Assembly: GCA_965223865.1 (NCBI GenBank)
Contig: CBDCXP010000002.1
Coordinates: forward strand, 1-12,359
DNA from: Nitrosarchaeum sp.
GTDB taxonomy: Archaea > Thermoproteota > Nitrososphaeria > Nitrososphaerales > Nitrosopumilaceae
Reading direction: 5' to 3'
DNA: 12,359 bases
This document shows, piece after piece, positions 6,975 through 12,359 of the stretch. The notes under the pieces are model-generated. The model was not told the DNA's origin. It was given only the letters and a program-made list of their open reading frames with translations, and did not search any database. Position numbers and translations under genes: made by a program. Position 1 is the first letter of the stretch; the number at the start of each line of letters is the position of its first letter.

Positions 6975-7613
6975 CTATCTATTTACAAATCTACCATAGC
7001 CTACGACTCCGTTCTCATTTACTCCCCATGTAGGTGGAACTATCCACAAAAATCCCTCTGAATCAGACTCCAAATCCAGTTTGGGAAGTATATTTGATGG
7101 AGATGCTTGGTTTGCTGCAGGACCTCCAGTGGCTGCTCCTGTTAGCGGGTCGTAAGTGCTTGCATGACACGGACACTCCCCCCTTTGACGTCCTTGTTCA
7201 GGCCAATACTTCCACAGGCACCACAAGTGCAGACACACCATACTATATGCCCTAAAGGCAGATACATCAGTCGCATCTCCTCCAAGTTCATCTGGAAGGC
7301 GTATCAGATTCCATTTCCTAAAGGCTTCCTGATCAAGTGCAAGATCACCCGTACTAGGGTATGTGATTACCTCAGCATGGTTTTTTGGAAATGTTGAAAT
7401 GTTTGCCTGTGTTCCATCTGGCAAAATCGCACGTGCTCTCTCTAAAATGTCATTGGCGATATTTGGCATGTAATTTCCAAATGGAATAAATGGAGCAAAT
7501 GCTAGACCTATTCCTGCTGCGCCAATCAGCTTCAAAAAATCACGTCTAGAGAGGTCATCGTTTCTCTCTTGTTTTTGATAGTCGATAGAACCGCTTTTAC
7601 GCTGTTCCGACAT
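6975..7613 (-). CDS. Tat-exported Rieske [2Fe-2S] protein
   Basis: Twin-arginine signal SRRDFLK plus a hydrophobic stretch. Rieske boxes are CLHLWC and CPCHASTY. Confidence 0.92.
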   Translation of the reverse strand: MSEQRKSGSIDYQKQERNDDLSRRDFLKLIGAAGIGLAFAPFIPFGNYMPNIANDILERARAILPDGTQANISTFPKNHAEVITYPSTGDLALDQEAFRKWNLIRLPDELGGDATDVSAFRAYSMVCLHLWCLWKYWPEQGRQRGECPCHASTYDPLTGAATGGPAANQASPSNILPKLDLESDSEGFLWIVPPTWGVNENGVVGYGRFVNR

Positions 7614-7659
7614 GACTTACAATATGCATTTCATACCTATTAACTATGCGAAACAATTG

Positions 7660-7681
7660 TTTTTTTTTTTTTTTTTTTTTT
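7660..7681. repeat. T22 homopolymer in the intergenic region upstream of the Rieske gene
   Basis: 22 consecutive T on the plus strand. Confidence 0.9.
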
Positions 7682-7722
7682 GAATTGATGTTATAATTGG
7701 AAAAATTCATCAGCTCATAGTT

Positions 7723-8208
7723 TTAAGATTGTGGGTTTATCTTGCATTCTACTTTTAGGGATTTGACAGTTGTATAGTATGTAAGTACTAGCACCCCAAT
7801 TGCAGCTATTCTTATTGGAATCTCAAAATTTGTCAAAAACGCTGATGCCGTAGCTCCTACCGTTCCAAAAGTAGAGATTACTGCAAAGCCAATAGGACCA
7901 CAACTACATGCCCCTGCAGCAGCACCAATTATTGAGCCAAATACTCCTCCACCCATTTTCTTTTTTGAGCTTTTTAGAATATTGATTCGATAAACATTCA
8001 TTGGAATTACCAATCCAGACAATCCAGACAAAATAACAATTAATGAAAATCCAATTTCTGTTCCCTTTGGAATATGACTAACCACATATGGTTCAAGAAA
8101 AATATACTCAGAGATTATCAGCAACCCAATAAGCATGGGTAAAAAAATTGCAGCTGCCAATGCAATGTATCGATAATTGGAAAATACGAGTTTGATTGTG
8201 TTTGCCAT
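7723..8208 (-). CDS. Four-TM membrane protein with a membrane-embedded CxC motif; function unknown
   Basis: Four hydrophobic segments and AAAGACSCGP. It starts 1 nt after the stop of the DsbA-like gene, suggesting an operon. Confidence 0.8.
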   Translation of the reverse strand: MANTIKLVFSNYRYIALAAAIFLPMLIGLLIISEYIFLEPYVVSHIPKGTEIGFSLIVILSGLSGLVIPMNVYRINILKSSKKKMGGGVFGSIIGAAAGACSCGPIGFAVISTFGTVGATASAFLTNFEIPIRIAAIGVLVLTYYTTVKSLKVECKINPQS

Positions 8209-8209
8209 T

Positions 8210-8872
8210 TTATATCATAGAATCCAGTACTTGTTTAAAAACCGAATAAGGTTGAGCTCCTCCTATTTGTTGTTGATCATCAGGGCCTACAATGAAGAAC
8301 CCAGGAGTGCCTCGTACTCCATGTTTTTTTGCCTCATCAATATTATGCTGAACTCTTTTAGAATATTTTCCAGAATCAAGACAGATTTCAAACAACTCCA
8401 TATCAAGTCCTAAACTAAATGCAAATGCCTTTAGGCGTTCAGAATTTGCCCAGCCATTATCAATTTTTGATTCTTGGGAATTATACAGTATATCATGATA
8501 CTCCCAGTATTTTCCTTGGTCTTCTGCGCAGTATGATGCCTGAGCAGCTCTTGGTGAATCCCTACCAAGAAAAGCAAGATCAACAAAAACAAAGTTTGCC
8601 TTACCAGTATCTACATAATTCTCAAATATAGCAGGTTTTGTGTTGTGAAACCAATTGTAACATTGATGACATTGGTAATCACCAAATTCTACAATAGTAA
8701 TTGGTGCAGAAGGATCTCCTAGAATCGAAGAACCCATTGCAGTTGAAATGGTACCATGTGTTCGGCTCATATCTAGATTAACAGTTTCAGATTGGGGAGA
8801 TGCAGAATAAGATGCGGCGATTCCAATGATTACTGCAGCAACCACTGCACCAATTACAAGTCCTTTTTTCAT
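8210..8872 (-). CDS. Membrane-anchored DsbA-family thiol-disulfide oxidoreductase (Thioredoxin_4-like)
   Basis: GDPSAPITIVEFGDYQCHQC active site, GVRGTPGF cis-Pro loop and an N-terminal TM. The start is ATG 8872 or GTG 8884. Confidence 0.92.
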   Translation of the reverse strand: MKKGLVIGAVVAAVIIGIAASYSASPQSETVNLDMSRTHGTISTAMGSSILGDPSAPITIVEFGDYQCHQCYNWFHNTKPAIFENYVDTGKANFVFVDLAFLGRDSPRAAQASYCAEDQGKYWEYHDILYNSQESKIDNGWANSERLKAFAFSLGLDMELFEICLDSGKYSKRVQHNIDEAKKHGVRGTPGFFIVGPDDQQQIGGAQPYSVFKQVLDSMI

Positions 8873-8903
8873 GTCAAAAAACACTGAAATTCGGTTAAAA
8901 AAC

Positions 8904-9116
8904 TTATTCCAAATTATGTGAGGATTTTCTTTTGAATAAACCAGTTATTTTTGAAATTGCAGTGTCTATAGGACATTCTTCACATGAGACACCAGAATTG
9001 TGTTCATCAAGATGTTTTTCAAATTTTTTCCTAGATTCAAAAACAGAGTCGCATCTAGAACAGTAGACTTTGGTGATGTTGTTTTTAGGTAATTTTTCCA
9101 CAAACAATTTTTGCAA
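8904..9116 (-). CDS. Small C2H2-type zinc-finger protein
   Basis: CSRC-x3-F-x8-H-x3-H followed by an additional CEEC. Confidence 0.75.
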   Translation of the reverse strand: MQKLFVEKLPKNNITKVYCSRCDSVFESRKKFEKHLDEHNSGVSCEECPIDTAISKITGLFKRKSSHNLE

Positions 9117-9151
9117 CTAGTCCTTATAAAGATCCTGTTGAAAACCATCTT

Positions 9152-9451
9152 ATGAAGAAAATAGTAGACAGGATTGTAACAGGTTTTTTTGTTTTTGTCT
9201 TTGGAGTTTTATGGTTTTTTAGCAAAAAATATCATATAAAGTCAGATCAGTACAACATTATTGTTTATGATTTGTTAGAAAAACAAGTAAAACTTGATGG
9301 AGTTAGAACAAGTTTCAAAACAAAGGAAGTTGCTACAAGTTTTCTAAAAGAATACAAGAATCGTTTTACACATTATGAGTTTTCAATAGCAGAGACTATT
9401 CCTGAATTTAAGAGAAGGACAATATTCTCGATTTTAAGAGATCAAAGATAG
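9152..9451 (+). CDS. Hypothetical protein
   Basis: 99-aa ORF filling the gap between two minus-strand genes. It has a hydrophobic N-terminal segment and the start is uncertain. Confidence 0.6.
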   Translation: MKKIVDRIVTGFFVFVFGVLWFFSKKYHIKSDQYNIIVYDLLEKQVKLDGVRTSFKTKEVATSFLKEYKNRFTHYEFSIAETIPEFKRRTIFSILRDQR

Positions 9452-9810
9452 TGTATTTTCATGTGGTTTTGGTATTCCACCTCATATTGTGTAACAAACC
9501 CACAATGAGAGCATGAGAACATTTCAGGTGGGGGCGGAGATGGCTCTCGTTCAATAGACTTGCCAGAAATGGATTTGATTGTAATTATATCATTACTTGA
9601 TATTACTGCAAAATTATGTCCCTCCCCTATTGAATCTAAAAATTCCTTAATTGATGAAATGACTACATTTGTGTCCACAGGTCCGTCATCAAACATGGAT
9701 AATGTAAACTGGTGATGTTTTATGGTAGGAATTGCTGCAACCTGATCAGATACATATACAAGTAATTCATTTTTGATTGACGAGACATCCTTACAATCTA
9801 CTGTTAACAT
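9442..9810 (-). CDS. Protein with a C-terminal C2H2-type zinc finger
   Basis: FSCSHCGFVTQYEVEYQNHMKIH follows a Pro-rich linker (PSPPPP). The start is ATG 9810 or TTG 9831. Confidence 0.8.
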   Translation of the reverse strand: MLTVDCKDVSSIKNELLVYVSDQVAAIPTIKHHQFTLSMFDDGPVDTNVVISSIKEFLDSIGEGHNFAVISSNDIITIKSISGKSIEREPSPPPPEMFSCSHCGFVTQYEVEYQNHMKIHYL

Positions 9811-9891
9811 AGCCACCTTTTGCAGAATCAATATTTTAGTTTAACACATATTTTGAAAATAATTATTATGGTTTGAAATTATTCAAAATAG

Positions 9892-10278
9892 ATGAAGGAC
9901 TCTGAGACATTTGGAATAGAAAAAGGACATGGAGAAGAAGTAGTGACCTGGCTCAATGAGCAATCAAAGACTCAAAAAACAAAATTAGAAGCAAGATTAT
10001 ACAATCATATACTTACTACAAAAAATTTTGGAGATTTTGAAATGTTTTCTTGGATTGGAGATGTGCAAACAGCAAGAAAGATGATAATCAAAGCTAGCAA
10101 AAGATTCAAGATCAAAGTAATCGAGGGAGGATACAAACCTAAAGAAAGAGTTTTCAGAATGAAGAAATTTGATTATGCCAAAATTAGAAAAGGAGACAAG
10201 ACCTTAGGTCATTTAGAATTAGAAGCATCAAGATTTGGAAGTAACCACTGGGAAGTAAAAGATGAAGAAAGAAGATAA
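9892..10278 (+). CDS. Hypothetical protein
   Basis: 128-aa ORF with typical composition, first of three co-oriented genes. No motif recognised. Confidence 0.75.
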   Translation: MKDSETFGIEKGHGEEVVTWLNEQSKTQKTKLEARLYNHILTTKNFGDFEMFSWIGDVQTARKMIIKASKRFKIKVIEGGYKPKERVFRMKKFDYAKIRKGDKTLGHLELEASRFGSNHWEVKDEERR

Positions 10279-10302
10279 ACCAAAACAACATGAGGAAATA
10301 AA

Positions 10303-11176
10303 ATGAGAATAGGAATTATTGGAACTGGGATGTTGGGAAATGCAGTAGGTCTGCATTTGTTAGATTCAGGGTTTGAATTAACAGTATACAACAGAACAAC
10401 TGAAAAGACAAAACAATTAGAAAGCAAAGGTGCCATAGTGGTTGATTCACCAAAAAAAGTAGCTGAGGAGCTCAGAACTTGTAATAACTATTGTAAAAGA
10501 CGCAGACGCAGTTAGGCAGGTGTCTTTTGAGGAAAATGGAATCATTGAGGGAAAACATGAGGGTTTAACAGTTGCAGATATGAGTACCATCAATCCCTCA
10601 GAATCAAAAAATATTTCAGAACAATATGAAAAAAACAGAATTAAGAAATTAGACATCCCAGTCATGGGAGGACCAAATGTAGCAATTTCTGGAGAATTGG
10701 TAATAATGGCCTCTGGAGATAAAGTAACATTTGAGAAATTCAAAAAAGTGTTTGAAAAAATTGGAAACAAGGTTTTCTTTTTGGGTGATAGTGGGGTTGC
10801 ACATTCAGTAAAACTGGCTATGAATCTTCAAATAGCAATGCTTGCACTTTCGCTATCTGAAGGAATAACCCTAGTAAGAGGAGCTAAGGTAGACCCCAAA
10901 GTATTTCTTGAAATTCTCAATTCAACCTATTTTAAAACTGGCATGAGCGAAAATAAAGCATACAAGATGATCAAAGATGAATTCCAGGCCACATTCACAT
11001 TAGAAAATTTGAATAAAGACATCAAAACTATTGTTAAAACTTCAGATTCTTATGGACTCGATCTTCCAATGATCAAAAAAGCCGAAGAGATTTACCAAAA
11101 TGCAACAAAACAGGGTTTTGGAAAAATAGATTACACAGGAATTTTAGCATACCTCAAAAAAATAAATGAACAATAA
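10303..11176 (+). CDS. NAD(P)-dependent beta-hydroxyacid dehydrogenase (3-hydroxyisobutyrate dehydrogenase / 2-hydroxy-3-oxopropionate reductase family); apparent +1 frameshift at ~10468
   Basis: IGIIGTGMLG, YNRT, DMSTINP, DIPVMGG and VKLAMN motifs. Removing one G at 10467-10468 joins the two ORFs as VAESSELVITIVKDADAVRQV. Confidence 0.9.
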
Positions 11177-11242
11177 TTTTTGATCGAAATTAAGACTGAT
11201 AGCTACCAAAAATTCTATAAGTTACTCCTGTAAACGGGTATT

Positions 11243-12004
11243 ATGCTAATGAAAGACAAAGTCGCAATTGTAACTGGAGCTTCCAGCGATATTGGAAAAG
11301 GAATAGCAAAGAAATTTGTTGAAGAAGGTGCCAAAGTCATTCTTGTTGCAAGAAGTCTAGAAAAATTAGAAGTAGTCAGAAAAGAGATAGGAAACGAAGA
11401 AGCCACTGCGTCAGTTCCATGTGATTTAACAGACGAATCACAGGTCATACAAGCAATTAATCAAATTATTGACAATTATGGAAAAATAGACATTCTAGTT
11501 AATAATGCCGGAGCAATTAATAATCCTGTCCATTTTCACGATATGGCAGATTCAGAGATAAAAAAATTAATTGATGTGAATCTCTTTGGAGTTTTTCACA
11601 TGACAAAAGCAGTCTTAGGAAAAATGTATGATGTCAAAAACGGAGTGATCATAAATATTGGTTCCATTTCAGGCGACAGAGCAGTTCCAAGAGTGCATTT
11701 GGCTGCATATTCAGCAACCAAAGCTGCAATCTCAATGTTCACAAAGGCAATAGCAGTAGAATATGCACGAAGCAACATAAGATGCAACTGTATAAGTCCT
11801 GGAATAATAAAGTCAGGAATGATAAAGGTATTTTTGGACGACCCGGAGGCAAGAAAGGTGTTAGAAGACAGGTTGCCATTAGCAAGAATAGGAGAGCCAG
11901 AAGATGTTGCAAACTCTGTATTATTCTTAGCTTCAGATGAAGCAAACTGGATTACAGGTGCCATTCTAAACGTAGATGGTGGAAAGACAGCTTCAGAAGC
12001 CTAA
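11243..12004 (+). CDS. Classical short-chain dehydrogenase/reductase (FabG-like)
   Basis: [12 protein letters not shown], catalytic S...YSATK, NCISPG and [11 protein letters not shown]. Confidence 0.93.
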   Translation: MLMKDKVAIVTGASSDIGKGIAKKFVEEGAKVILVARSLEKLEVVRKEIGNEEATASVPCDLTDESQVIQAINQIIDNYGKIDILVNNAGAINNPVHFHDMADSEIKKLIDVNLFGVFHMTKAVLGKMYDVKNGVIINIGSISGDRAVPRVHLAAYSATKAAISMFTKAIAVEYARSNIRCNCISPGIIKSGMIKVFLDDPEARKVLEDRLPLARIGEPEDVANSVLFLASDEANWITGAILNVDGGKTASEA

Positions 12005-12359
12005 ACCCTTTTGAAGTAAAGTTTTTGCAAGCAATTGAGAAACTCTCAAGGGTTCAGGATAGGAACCTTGTAATGTCAAATCATTTAGTATCTTTTGCAC
12101 ATCATTGGTTGTACATCCTTCTTTTCTAACAAAAACATCATGTTTTGTTTTTAATGTAATCTTTTCCCTACTATCTAGTTTTTTGTATTCAGATAATTTT
12201 GATTCAAAGGATGAGGGAAAATGATGTTTTAGTGCAGATTCTATTCCAGATGAATCATGATATGTAACTCCGATGATTGGTATTTTCAGATTTTCATATA
12301 GTTTTTTTACATCTATTATATTATACAAAGACACGATTAATCCTGAAATTAAGACATAG
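11993..12359 (-). CDS. DUF99 (UPF0215, endonuclease V-like fold) family protein; 5' end outside the window
   Basis: The frame is open to the window edge (YVLISGLIVSLYNIIDV...IPIIGV...GSYPEPLRVSQLLA), matching the family pattern NIxD...P[VI]I...PEPLR. Confidence 0.8.
   Translation of the reverse strand, partial: YVLISGLIVSLYNIIDVKKLYENLKIPIIGVTYHDSSGIESALKHHFPSSFESKLSEYKKLDSREKITLKTKHDVFVRKEGCTTNDVQKILNDLTLQGSYPEPLRVSQLLAKTLLQKGLGF

Noticed and set aside
7034-9148. ORFs 7034-7255, 7164-7397, 8177-8413, 8419-8631 and 8966-9148
   Set aside because: Shadow or alternative-frame ORFs over the Rieske, DsbA and zinc-finger genes.
11179-11197. tttgatcgaaattaagact resembles the 6042 copy of the shared promoter element
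   Set aside because: It needs a gap to align, the sequence is AT-rich, and no minus-strand gene lies downstream in the matching orientation.
10209-11964. Minus-strand ORFs 10209-10436, 10447-10770, 11215-11448, 11596-11964 and 11739-11945
   Set aside because: Antisense to the two dehydrogenases. Long antisense frames are common opposite SDR genes.
1-12359. Mobile element, provirus, tRNA or rRNA
   Set aside because: I recognised no transposase, integrase, terminal repeats or structured RNA gene by eye. A covariance-model search was not possible.

Overview
AT-rich archaeal DNA that looks like an ammonia-oxidising thaumarchaeote (Nitrosopumilaceae-like; inferred from gene content and style). 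The left ~7 kb holds three back-to-back divergent pairs of an exported or membrane protein gene and a winged-helix regulator, plus a CPBP/Abi intramembrane protease and a small Cys-rich gene. The right side holds a Tat-exported Rieske protein, a DsbA-like/CxC membrane protein pair, two C2H2 zinc-finger proteins, two NAD(P)-dependent oxidoreductases and a partial DUF99 gene. Main observation: two paralogous membrane-anchored ArsR-like regulators (1441-2383, 6104-6904) each carry, in the loop between their two predicted TM helices, a peptide copy of the protein encoded divergently from them (SLDRTV plus PEPE repeats in pair 1; D-x4-LAK-x2-V-x6-PGAGSGTP in pair 2). Both divergent promoters, and a third promoter, share a conserved 26-33 bp element. 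Three genes are interrupted by apparent +1 frameshifts, probably sequencing errors.
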